This document shows positions 24,648 through 36,560 of a DNA stretch of 64,000 bases, piece by piece. Position 1 is the first letter of the stretch, and every line of letters begins with the position of its first letter. The DNA is taken from positions 310,001 to 374,000 of the forward strand of contig NC_027218.1 of the NCBI RefSeq assembly GCF_000981445.1, read 5' to 3'. Under the pieces are notes generated by a model. The model worked only from the letters and a program-made list of their open reading frames with translations, did no database searches and was not told where the DNA came from. This DNA comes from Babesia bigemina (Eukaryota). A program made the position numbers and the translations under genes.

Positions 24648-26451
24648 ATGGAATCACTTTTGTTTCTGAGGGTGGTACTCTTGCTTGGTTGTCTAACGAA
24701 AACATGTTCGGCTTTAAACGTCTTAGGAATAGGAAAAACAACATATTCAGGCTTGTTGTTTCACAATGCTTACACAAATAATTTATCTTCTGAACGTGTA
24801 ACCGCTCATCGCATCCGTTGCCGTACATCAATATCTAAACCTAATTATCGATGTGAAAGAATAGGTTTTATATACGATACTGCAACTCCTGCATGGCGCT
24901 GTAGGAATGTGCGACATTATCGCCTTTCTGTTTCAGATAGGGCAAAAAACGTGGATGAAATCTTCGACACGCTTTGTGAATCTCTCAAATCGAAAAGTAC
25001 ATCCTTTGTCGACTTGAAGAATAGATTAAACACTGCAGGGGTTAGCCTCGAAGGATGTAATACGCCGGAAGATGTTGTTAGGAGGGTGGCGCAACTCGAG
25101 GTTTATGGCAAAGAGTATGTGGATGATGAGATGCTAAAGTCTAGTCCAACGTTCCAAGCGCTGTTGAATGAGATTTTAACCGAAACTATGGCCACTTATA
25201 AGAGCAAGAGAGGTAGAGAGAAAACACAATTCATTCAGCAGTTGAAGGGTCTGCTCACGTCGAAGAATGTATGCATTGCTAATAACATCACTGATGAAGA
25301 CATTATACGTCTCGCGTCTGAGCAGGAATCTCGCGAGCGAATGTCGGCCCAGCTGCCTCACACGAAGTAAGCGTTGTTGCACAGTACATGTTATGGAGAT
25401 AGCTTTTGTGTACTTTCATTATCGTGTTATGTTTCAAGAATGCATTCAAGGAACATGAACGTTTGAATTAAAATAGCGAACCCATATATCGTAGTGTCAT
25501 TTATTATGCGTTGAATATTGTTTATGTAAAACAATTCATGCACGGGTGGGCAATTTTAACATTTTCCGAATGTGTTATTAACATGAACGATAGATACACA
25601 CTTGCGACATTTTTGTGACGTCTCTTTAGGCCCTGCAATGAAATGAGCCAGCGTATAGATTCGTATAGAGACGAGGCGGATTCTATATTTGCAGTTTATA
25701 GGAATATCAAAGATGACAAGTTACGCAAATCTTTTCTATCGCAGGTCAAGGATGAATTAAATGCATTGTCTGTAGACCATAAGGATTGCGAAACGCCCGA
25801 AGAAATGATAAATCGTCTTGCTTACGGTAGGGTGTTTCCACAGGAAAAGGACTATGAAGCTGAGTCACATAAAAGGACGGCGGAACACGCATTGCTTCCA
25901 TGGCCCAATGCAACTGTAGATGACATATACCAATTTAGCGCAATTCTAGGCGACGGTCATGGCATTTTTGGTGTCAACGGTGGCATTATAGACAACTTCG
26001 CAGGCATGTCTGACATGCTGGAAGAAGATGGATTATTCGCAGGTAGTTTTTCGCTGCTCAAGGACCTTGCAAAGATGTTCGGTGTAAACATCGGCAGCAG
26101 TGAAAAGAAGAGGATTGTCTTCGAAAATCAGGATACCGCCCCAAATAGTCCGTTAGCAGAATCATCAGACGACCCCTCATTGGATGAATCAGAATTTAAC
26201 GCAGACGAACTACAGCCCGTGTTTGCAAAAGTCAAGCAGACAACTGATAAAAATCTTCTAGAAATGTTCAAAAAGAGCGTTAAGGTAATTCATGAGTAGT
26301 TAAATATATCTTTGTTCAGGAGGCCACTCTGCGAAAAGCGTTACAGCTGGCACACAGCAGTGGATATGATACTGCTAGAGAAGCTTATGCAACCAACAAA
26401 ATGGCTTTGTATATCCTAGATAAGTTCAAGGAACGCGGCATTTTTGAGTGA
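24648..26451 (+). CDS. hypothetical protein with signal peptide and basic transit-like leader (possibly apicoplast), 3 exons
   Basis: MESLLFLRVVLLLGCLTKTCSALN signal peptide, then an R/K/N-rich stretch. ORFs 24591-25370 and 25643-26299 are linked by GTAAGC...TTTAG. Last exon 26320-26451. Confidence 0.75.
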
Positions 26452-27232
26452 GCTAATACAAAATGCGACCATTGCGCAAATATGAGATCGGTCATTCCGA
26501 CACACATTTTAGAATTCGCACGCCGCGATCTGTATCATCTCCGTGTATAATTGTGCATTGTGGCAGACTGTGCCGGATGTGTTTGACAGGTGCATCTAGA
26601 TTTTACATCGCATTAGGATTCTACGCCAAAGGGATGAACCACACCGCAATAAACACTATTATTTTCCCACACTCAATATACGGATGTCGAAGACTGGCAA
26701 GAGCCAAGTTGATGGCGGTGCTGTAGTGTTCTCGAGTTGGGCGGCAAAGCATGGTTTATCTTCGGGAGCAAGCAAAAAAAATGTCATCGAGATGGACGTA
26801 AATGAATCGGGTAAATATGAATGTGTAGTTCGTGTTGATCTACGCAAGCGGGAGCGTAGTGTGAAACGTCGCGGGCCTACAGCTACTCTTAACCAAGAGC
26901 TCAATAATAGCAACGTAGTGGAACTAATTATCTACTCACCTGCCGACTCCTAAACTTTCTCTAACGTTAGCTATGGACGTAAAAATTAGTGTGCCTTCCA
27001 GGCGTAGTGCGAACCTTTGCTAACAAGGGGTCTCCAGATACGTGTCGTATGAACAGCCTGCACTGGCTGAGGCCGTTCTGTATCAAACGATCAACGACAC
27101 GCTGTCGAAAGATCCCCATTATACCGTAATTGCGCTCGAGTGGGTTCAATAGTGGAGGAGTAAGCGCAAAATAACTTGTTAACGACAAGCACGACACTTG
27201 CGCGGCAATCCCATTGGCACCTGTAGGTGGAA

Positions 27233-28579
27233 TTAGCGATCATTTGGTAATCGTTCTGCCATGTAGAGGTTAGCTTCATCAATTTCCAACGCCAGTTGCT
27301 CCTGTGTACGTACGTAATTAAAATTGATAGCATCCGATATTCCTGGCACATCGTGTTGTTCTATACAACTTATGGCGTCTTTGATTTCCTTATGGTCAAC
27401 TTCTGTCGCATTCTCACGTTTCACAGTTAAATTATATATTAACTCTTGTGCTTCGTTACATGCGCGCCGCAACTCTGTGTCCACCGTTTTGAGTGTTTCC
27501 AAGGAGACAACAGGGGGTACTAAGTCACGTATCGCCGTGAAGAATTTATGTTCCCTAACCTTTGCCAAGCTTAAGCGTTCCTGCGGATTGGTACGTAGTA
27601 GTTGTTTGATAAGGTCCATGGCATCTGGATCGAAATTAGCAGGGAATCCTATTTGGTTAATTTTGATCCTCTTGTAGATGAAATAGTTCGACGAACCAGT
27701 GAAGCAATTAAATCCAAGCAACAACTGATATATGGTACAACCAAATGACCATAAATCGCCTGCATAATCTGATGAGATATTAGATATTGCTTCCGGGGGC
27801 ATGAAATTTGGCGTTCCCACGTAGTGCTTAAATTTTTTTCTCATCATGGCACCTCTGTGCAATGAGATGGACCCATTATTCCCGCGCATTTCATTTTTTT
27901 CTATAATACTTCTTGATGTGGCATCCCTACATTCGTTATAGGCCTCGTCATTTTGCTCCATTACATCCCGCTGCTCTACAAACTTCGACGTACCAAAGTC
28001 AATAATTTTTAGAACCCCGCCATCTATTACGACATTTTCACATTTCAAGTCGCGATGAACAATGCCACGATTGTGGATGTACTCTATGCCATTCAATAGC
28101 TGTCCTACCATGACACGAGAAACGTATTTATCTTGGACACCAACATTCTTGATTTCTTCCCACAACTCCCCTCCTTTAGCGTATTCGTACAACAAATATA
28201 CATTATCGTTATCTCTGAAAGTGTCAATCATACGAATAACGTTTGGATGTCCTGGGCTATTGAGCAAAAGCATGGCATTTCTTTCTTGCTGCACGAACGT
28301 TACCAAATCGTTGCGTTTTACCGTTTGCTGTTAGAACATTAAACAATATGGTTTACTTTATCTTACCACGTTCACAATCTTAAGCGCATAGGATTCCTGA
28401 GGGCGCGCTTTTAGAGTTACGTGCCATATCTGGGAAAAGTTTCCGCACCCAATATTGCGTTCCAATTCAAAATCCTCAAACCGATACTTTCTTTTCCCAA
28501 GTGTTGCATCATTTCCTGATTTTGTTACAGAAAGTTTGGAGACCGCTGGGTCATCCGATATTAGGAATCCAGACTTCAT
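27233..28579 (-). CDS. PDK1: AGC-family Ser/Thr kinase, PDK1-like, 2 exons
   Basis: FEDFELERNIGCGNFS, YALK, HRDLKCEN, DFG, YVGTPNFMPPE, DLWSFGCTIYQLL. The kinase call is certain; the PDK1 subfamily is inferred. Confidence 0.8.
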
Positions 28580-28689
28580 ATTGTGCCTCCTGAAGATGGA
28601 TTACGCCAACGTGTATTACGAAGGCAATTCACACTTGCGATTCGCCGAACAGAATGCCCATGAATTGTAAAATCGTCCTATCGACGGAA

Positions 28690-29928
28690 TCAATACCATA
28701 TTCCGCAACAAATAGCGAAAGCTATTGGCCTTATTGGGTCACATAACTGACTCGGAAAAGTCCAGAACAGCGTTGTTCCAGCCCTATATTCCACTATGAT
28801 TCGTGTTGTCTATAGGAATGTCGGTAGTCATTCCCTGTAATGTACTTTTATCTGAGGAAGTTTAGACGGGTCATCCCCATCGATCCGTATGTTGATGCCT
28901 CGCCTCTGATCTCCCTTATATAACGACTCTACATCCGCATGAATCTCCTCCAGCGTAGCTTCTCCATACATTTCGTTGCGCACCTTTCCTTGGTGGTTGC
29001 AAAGTATCTGTTTGGTTATAGCCATCCACCAACTTTCTAGACTATATCTATTCGGGAAACACAAAACATCTTCCGATATGTCGTTTTGTATAGATAAGCA
29101 TTCGTCTCTCACGATGAGAACAGGTGTCTTTATATCACCGACAACGAATCGCTTGAGATCGGTGTTACCCCTGCAAGACTCTTAGTTCATCAAACAGCGC
29201 ATCCAAGAAGCCACATTTGTGAATATAAACCACGGAAAATGTGTAGCAAATAAAACCCATTGGCAGAGTTGCAACACCTTTTAGCCTTCACGCCTATGAT
29301 GTACTACTGTCGCTAGGTTACGGAGCAGGTACATCGAGGCGGCTTACAAAACTAACCTCTATTCACCCACCACTAGTTTCATTCACATGTAGAACATCAT
29401 ACACAAGATCATAAAGAAAATATGATATCACTTATTAATCACAACAAGCTCACAACACATTCTAGCGCTACGTTTCGGCATAAATTCGTATAGGCGCTTG
29501 TATACTACACTATTTTTTGTTACGCAAGATGATATGGTAACCAAATACACCACAACATTTTTGATTTGGTCATACTGCGTCCATTTTAGAATTGAATTAT
29601 AGAGCAGAGTAATAACTAGCATTGGATGCAACTTACTTTAAAACATGTAGTGTCTTGTTTTCCAGCAATAATGTCACGTTGCACCTGGCTGCTGGATTCT
29701 ACAGCATTATTAGTATACATAAGCATATAAATTAATACACACATCATTAAATGAAATAAAAATGACGCTTACGTTTTTATCAGTTGTGAGAAATGCGACG
29801 CCTTGCACCTTTTTCCCGCAGATATTCGTCGATTCTGTCTCATTCAAGTTGTCCTTGCGATGGCGCTCTTGAAAAGCATCGGCGACACGCAGATGGACTA
29901 ATATCAAGCATAAACATACAACGTTCAT
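28690..29928 (-). CDS. hypothetical secreted protein, possible PH-like domain, multi-exon
   Basis: Signal peptide MNVVCLCLILVHLRVADA. Internal exon ...DVLCFPNRYSLESWWMAITKQILC. Last exon TTRIIVEYRAG...AICCGIWY*. Confidence 0.55.
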
Positions 29929-30294
29929 TCTACAACATCATCTTAGACTCTGTTCTAGTGTGCTACACCTAAAGTGTGTTTGTGGTGTGTAATCTAGTTT
30001 GCCTCACGCAGTTATTATAATAATACAAATGCGGCTCAAACGATTACGATAAAAAAGCAAATGTAGTTCAATTTGGCTGGATGTAGGTCTCTGTTGAAGA
30101 TCCTTACGATGCCATCCTTACCTGAGATCGTCGTCGTCAGTCCCATTTCCTGCAACATACTATACAGCATAGCGCTGATTGACCGTCGGACGTTTTGAAA
30201 ATCGACAAAGTCATCTATTTCAGGTGGATTCTACGAAGTTAAATATAGGCACATGTAATTTGCATCCTCGACAGGTTTGATATGTTTTGTAGGC

Positions 30295-30570
30295 TATTCG
30301 GCTCCATGTGACAATTAGCTATTCAGTGTCCTCTTCTTCGCTATTAAAAGGTAACGTAGGGGGCTAACTGCAGGTGACTATAGCGTGCCCCTAGGACGCT
30401 GGGAATGTATACCCCAGCGCCAGTTCCTCGTGGCTCTCTCTTGCAAGAAGCGCCTCAGTTTTAATTGTCCAGCCTCTACGGTCGTCACCACACGTTTGTG
30501 GATTTTGGCGAGTAAGTTCCAAAGCTGCCAATGGGATGTGTCCACTGCGCCTTACAACCTCACCAGAGGG
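30295..30570. repeat. dispersed 276-bp element, copy 1 (candidate structured ncRNA)
   Basis: Same orientation as and identical to 48504-48779 except T30482/C48691 and A30515/T48724. Confidence 0.95.
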
Positions 30571-31673
30571 TGCCACCTTTTACTTCATGTGTTATCTGAA
30601 TGCTTTCGAATTAATGCTTATTGCCAGGCCGTAGCACTGACCATAGCAGGTGTGTATACGATTCCACACTTTATACATCTTTCTGTGCGCTAATAGTCAT
30701 AATTTGAACACACTATACAATTCCTTCGCATAAATTACGTCGTCGATACCATTAGGACCGTGCAGCGGTGTAACTTCGCGAAATTAGATGGAAAACAATG
30801 CACCTTTTATTGGACACAGTGGAGCACATTCGTATTTTCTGTGAGCCTGTAGCGCGGGATAGTATGTTTTCTGCGATCTTGGCACCATTTTTATTTTTGA
30901 CACCCATGAAAGGATCCATTTTTAATTAGCAAATATTGAATAAATTCGGAGAACTGAAGGCGCTGCGTCTGCACGTCCACCGTTAAACAGAGCTGATCAG
31001 TGATAAAAAGCAAGTTACGTTCCTCGGTATAATGTAGAATACAGAGGTAAGCTAGACATTGTTTGTGACGTTTTCTATTGTATTGATCGCGCTAGTATGA
31101 TTGGTATGCGTTAATGAAGCAGTCTCTTTGGACTGCGTTGTTGCACATCCGTGCTTCCCATTCTTTGAGTTTAGGAAGGCAACTATACGTGGCGCCTTCA
31201 TTGTTGGTTATGTGTTATTACAAATCTGAGTGAAATTGTGTCGCTATTGTAATAACGTCGTTACTTCCGTGTTCGTATTGATAACTTAGCAGGTATGTTA
31301 TCCCAGCTTTCTTGGTTGTTGAAAATGGCAGCCAGCTGGAGCATTATCCATTTGAATTGTGCGTTCAATGTAGTACTTCTTTGCCAAATATGTTTTTATG
31401 CACAATGTTTCAATTGCGTTTTGGTGCCCCGAGTGGGTTAGCCAACGGTTATTCGAAGGGTATATTGTTTTTACGGTACATGTTACATACCCAACGTGCA
31501 TGTTTGCAACATATTACCGAGATGAATACGAGGAAAATGTGTTTTTGCATTTTGGCCATTGGGCTCATTGACTTTTCAGATCTGATGAGAGCCCGTGCAA
31601 GAAGTGTTCATGTGACATAAACTGCAGATATAAAACAGATGTTGACGCTATAGGTGGTTGACTTGGTACAGCA

Positions 31674-32910
31674 ATGACGATGTCTGGCGCTATTTCCAGA
31701 GATAGCCATGCGTGTACCGACAGTGTAGCGCACCTAATTGACGCGTCTGGGGATAGGGACACGGAAAGCCGAAACCCACGAGACATGACACCAATTTGTG
31801 GGAATGTATCTGGCGACGGTTATGATCACACTGATCCTATGCTAGCTGCACGAAGTTACGAGGAATTGTTGATTTCTGCATCCAAGGCACCAGGTGAAGC
31901 ATACGAAAATACAATAAAATCAGCATCCTCGCCTGACTTATCCAAGCGCCGAGACAACCTCTCATCCAGTTTTACATATGTTTCAGTTGAACATGCTCAA
32001 GGGTCACAGGCACACGACGCAATAAATGCTAGGGCAGTTAATGACAATGTGGAGAACACTGACATCGCCGCGAATACAATGGTTTCATACTCATACACCT
32101 CGGATGCCCCTAGAAAATATTCGGTACAGAATTTGGACACTATGCGACCAGAAGGAACGCCGAGTGGTTCATTTCGTAAGAGTGACTCAACGGCACGAAG
32201 CAGCGCATACATGTCGCGCCCAGCGGCTACTTCCTGTAATGACACTCAAATTCCTTTCTCATACGAACCTACTGCATATGCCAGCCACTCAGGTGTAGAG
32301 TATGACTCAGGATCTCAGGGAGATGTGTCATTTGCCGCATTTGAACGCCGCGATGTGGAGAACGATCTTACGTTGCCTATCGCAAATATCGGTCGCGTCA
32401 TGAAAAGTGTATTACCCGCGACAGCCAAGATAGCCAAACAAGCAAAAGATGTAATAAGGGACTGTGTCATAGAGTTTATCCTTTTTGTTTCGTCTGAGGT
32501 AGGTTGTTCTTAGCAGGTGAATACGATGAATTACATTGCATAGATACGTGCAAAATGTTATAGGAGACCAGAGCCGCCACGCAGCGCGTGAGTAACTTAT
32601 GGCTGATGTGGAACACGTTTTCGCCGTTCGCAATACTCTGGCATATTGTGTGGTGTACGACGAGTTATATGTTGATGGTTTTACGGTGGCATACATCTTT
32701 TGATCGCTGTGAACAACGCCCAGCTATTTAACTCAATTCATTAACATACAGGCGAGTGACATTTGCACCCATGAGCGGCGCAAAACGCTCAGTGCTGATG
32801 ATATTTTGGTGGCAATGAGCTCGTTGGGTTTTGGCCATTATAATGATGCACTGCGCTGTTATCAGGCAAAGATTAAGGAGAGAGAGCCTGCCACGATGTT
32901 TGATTTTTAG
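31674..32910 (+). CDS. NFYB: CCAAT-binding factor NF-YB (histone fold) with long N-terminal extension, 2 exons
   Basis: LPIANIGRVMKSVLPATAKIAKQAKDVIRDCVIEFILFVSSE|ASDICTHERRKTLSADDILVAMSSLGFGHY. Confidence 0.93.
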
Positions 32911-33094
32911 TTATAATTACTAAATGGATTTTATCCCATGTATACGCAGTTGTGTAGAGTATGGGATTCCGTGTCGTTGCGTTTACGCGCTGCGACCTTT
33001 AACCCTCAGAGGGGCCACTAATTACATCGTATTATTACAGTCATTAAAAATACCATTTGAATAGACTATAAGCAAAAGTGTTACCCGTGTAGCC

Positions 33095-34118
33095 ATGTTT
33101 GTCGGCGATTGCCAGGATTCCGCCGCGTCCCGGTTGGTGAGTGAACGATTAAGCCTCCTGTCAAACTACCAACATTCGGCGTCAATACAGGCACTTAATA
33201 CGTAGATTCTGATATCCGTACAGCGGGAGGAGACTACTGCGGTTGGAGCGAAGTTGTTGTACGTGATAGGGAAGTCCTGCTATACACACAAAGGAGAAAA
33301 ACTGTTAAATTGTGGGTTTGGTGATATCTACGTTGTCTCACATACACAGGGGACTTGTTTGGACCGTTCGTCATATCACTGTTGTTTCCATTGTAGGTTC
33401 ATTTTGTTACGTTGCGTCTAATCTGTGGCTGCGTTATACAAAATTTCCAGTTCTACATGCATCAGCGGCAATTATATGTTTCGTTAGACAAATATGAACA
33501 CCGTAAGGTAACCTTATGCAGAGTCGTTTATCTTCCAATTGCTGGTGATCATAACGGCACACAAAGCGTGGCCTTTTCGCTCTTCTTCTTGTTCATTTGG
33601 CTGTTGGCGTTTATCGCAGCCCTAAATGCTTCACTTGTAGGAACATATTTGTAGGTTTTGGCTGTTTCCTGTCTGAAATATTCAGGGGATGTTTGCCTAC
33701 TGTGTCGATTGTGATATACGGCATATTCCCAATATGCTTGGCATCAATACCGTCTAAGTTTCTGCCATTTTTTGCGCGGGTCATCGTAGTGAGTGCTGCC
33801 ACTATATACGCGCTATTAGGTAGGTCCTTCGCTATAGTTAACATTGTACCACTGTGTGAAATCGAATACCCTCGCATATATTGGGACCATTGTTCTCTTA
33901 TTTTACGTTGAACATGTCATGAAAGTGTTTGCGGATTGCCAGTAATAAACATACACCTTACGATATAAATGCAATTGAAGTACATGATAGGACATTTGTG
34001 CGCAGTTTCGAAAAAAACGCTCGAGGCGCACGTGGTGAAGGACAGATGGGTGATGGCGTATCAGCCCATAGTTTTCATGTACATAACGGCCGGCGTACTA
34101 ATTGTGTTTAACAGCTAA
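33095..34118 (+). CDS. Yip1-domain protein (YIPF6-like), multi-exon
   Basis: (W)DLFGPFVISLL; AFSLFFLFIWLLAFIAALNASLVG; VSIVIYGIFPICLAS; RWVMAYQPIVFMY. The start position is tentative. Confidence 0.75.
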
Positions 34119-34933
34119 TATGTAGCTGCAGACGTAGTAATACTGGAGATAGCAAATGTGTGTAATATCCAATGTTATTACGCATTTTCACATGTTTATC
34201 CACGCGCGATGGCGCGTTTAGACATCGAACTGGCGCTGTAACATTTTTTTTGCCATACGTGCCGCACCCATGTTTTTGTAAATACATATATTTGAATCTA
34301 TCTTCTAAGGGAAAAGAGGCTGCGTTTATGTTTGGGCACAGTTCGTAGTCCCACTGGAGACGTATTCGATTTGGCGACAGTATTCCTAAGGCGCATATAC
34401 GGAGTTAAGTAGTATATGTAAGGAATATATCCGATTACAGATTGCAGAGGACGCTAACATCAGTTCAATGAGTAGTGGCATAACTCAACTGGCCAGTGAA
34501 ATAAACCATACTGTCAATAAGCCACACGTGTATGAAAGCCGGCTGAGCTGCCAGGTTCCCGGGAATATTGTGAATTCAAGCGATTATTATAGCCGGATCA
34601 TAAGCACTATACAAATGCCGACGCAGCTACAGGAACTGGAGACAGCGGTCACCAGATGATTGGCAACATATCCGACACAAACGACAAATAGACATAAACG
34701 AAATGGGATACACACACACATTCGAGTTACCATATGGCGTATCCTAGTTAGGCTCAGCGTTTCGCCGTTGTGTCGCGTCGCTAGATTCCACGAGATATGT
34801 GAAAATCGCTGTAATATCATCAACATACACAATTGTAAAGACGCGCAATACTTTATAGCTTTATATTACGTTGTGTATTAAATTTGTAGAAACAGTCAGT
34901 TCATTGGGTGAAGATAATTGGATTTAAGACAAG

Positions 34934-36491
34934 ATGTTATTCCAGGTTATAGCGCTCTCTATGTTGCAAATAGCAAGATGTAAGGAATACTTAGGAGGTA
35001 GTATTGCCACTATAGGACCGGACACGTTCGGGATGATGCCCCAATATCATAAGTTGCTTGCAGATAATTCGTTTAACTACCATGGCGGATTCAAAAATTC
35101 AACATATGCCGCAGCCAAAAAGGATATTAGGCAAATGGAGGTGAAAATGCTTTCAAAATATAAGGAGGTTAACGCAATCCTTTTGTCTACATCTAGATTT
35201 TACTATAATTATAGGCACGTGGGCAACTTGGTTGACGTAGCGTCAGCCCTGTACAAGTTGGGGCTGCTTCCGAGGCAGCAGCTGCTGTCCTTAGCTCCCG
35301 AAACGTGTTTGTGTCACCCTACAAATACATTTCCTGGTCGTGTTTACGTTGAAAAAAGCGTAGATATAACGGATTACAAGGATGAGGTTTCGAACGACGT
35401 AACGAATAATTTCCTGGAGCACATGTACATTCCGTTCCGATCCTCGGGGCTAAGATTAGACAGTTTGCGCTTCTTGATGACTCAGCGTTTCCCAAGCAAA
35501 TACCCTCAAAGTTCTCGATTAGCAACGAAGTACCGGGTGGAGGTTGATGGTGTGCATGCGGATTTGGATTTACCAACTCAATTCGTATATATGACAGGGC
35601 ATGGCGGAGACCGCTATTTCCAATTCCAAGCCAAGGATGTACTTTCTGCAAATGAAATAGAGTTGTACATGACGGAATTTTTTATCAAGCATCCCAATGT
35701 ACATACCCTTATGATTTCAGATACTTGCCAGGCATCGACGCTGTTTGAAGGGTTATCAAACCAGGATCCTATGGTTTGGGTGGCGTCATCACCTAGAGGC
35801 GTTAGCAGTTATAGCTACAATGCTAATTCGCAATTGACGGTCTCACCGGTGGGCAAGTTCACGTACTATGTCGCAGGATTTCTCTGTAGTGTGGCAAAGG
35901 GAATAAAGGAGCGTAAAGACAGAGCAGCTGTTTCGAGATTTTCTTTCAACCAACTAAAGAGACATATGGAACGTCATTGCCCAGAAGAGATGTCCGTTTT
36001 TCACGCGAATGCGAGCATAATGGGTGCGACTTCTGCCGATACCGGGCAATTCACACCTACTATTAATGATACAACAAGCAGTAAACCAGGTATGTGCAAC
36101 TTTCTAGTTGTATATCGCGTAATACGACCTTCTTGAGTTCATTGCTTCTTCAGATGTGCGGAAAATATATCTCGGAGAGTTCCTATTCAATTATCGCGTG
36201 TCATACTTCAACACGTATAGTTGGCCTTTAATGTTATACTCAATGGCCGGGGACGTTGTAGCATTGAAGGGACAAATGTACGAAGCGTTCAACTTGAACA
36301 CTGCTGAGGCATTGAGCATCAACAGACACAGACTGTACACGAAAATGGGTGAGAACGGACTTTTCGTTAGGACGGTGATAGAATCGTCGGGATTGAGCAT
36401 AGTATTAGCCCTTTTGCTTTGCGTATTGGCTATAATTTTAGCCACTTTAAGGGATCCAGTGACGGTCGGAAACCTGTTCGTCTGGCAGTGA
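34934..36491 (+). CDS. GPI8: GPI-anchor transamidase (peptidase C13), 2 exons
   Basis: Signal peptide; AILLSTSRFYYNYRHVGN; catalytic YMTGHGGD and ISDTCQASTL; C-terminal transmembrane helix. Confidence 0.95.
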
Positions 36492-36560
36492 GATGTGTAA
36501 AGGAGGTGCACCTTGTTGTAGCTGTCCAATAAGATGGTTTAAAAGCAGTTTTAACAAACT

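Noticed and set aside
26460..27200. Small minus-strand gene (MGIFRQRVVDRLIQNG...)
   Set aside because: Plausible first exons, but the downstream frame is unresolved and no family could be supported.
30336..30362. Organellar LSU rRNA fragment (TTCGCTATTAAAAGGTAACG resembles the peptidyl-transferase region)
   Set aside because: The similarity is short and does not continue into the conserved GAGCTGGG.
30295..30570. The element as SRP RNA, U4, U3, RNase P/MRP or telomerase RNA
   Set aside because: The minus strand has an Alu-like hairpin-UGUAA-hairpin start and a 9-nt U4-like word. It lacks the SRP helix-8 motif, U3 boxes, P/MRP CR-I and CR-V, and a CCCTAAA-type template. Not excluded without Infernal.
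30391..30576. Integrase zinc-finger-like peptide (LLARESHEELALG)
   Set aside because: Only one His, no cysteine pair, and the frame closes immediately.
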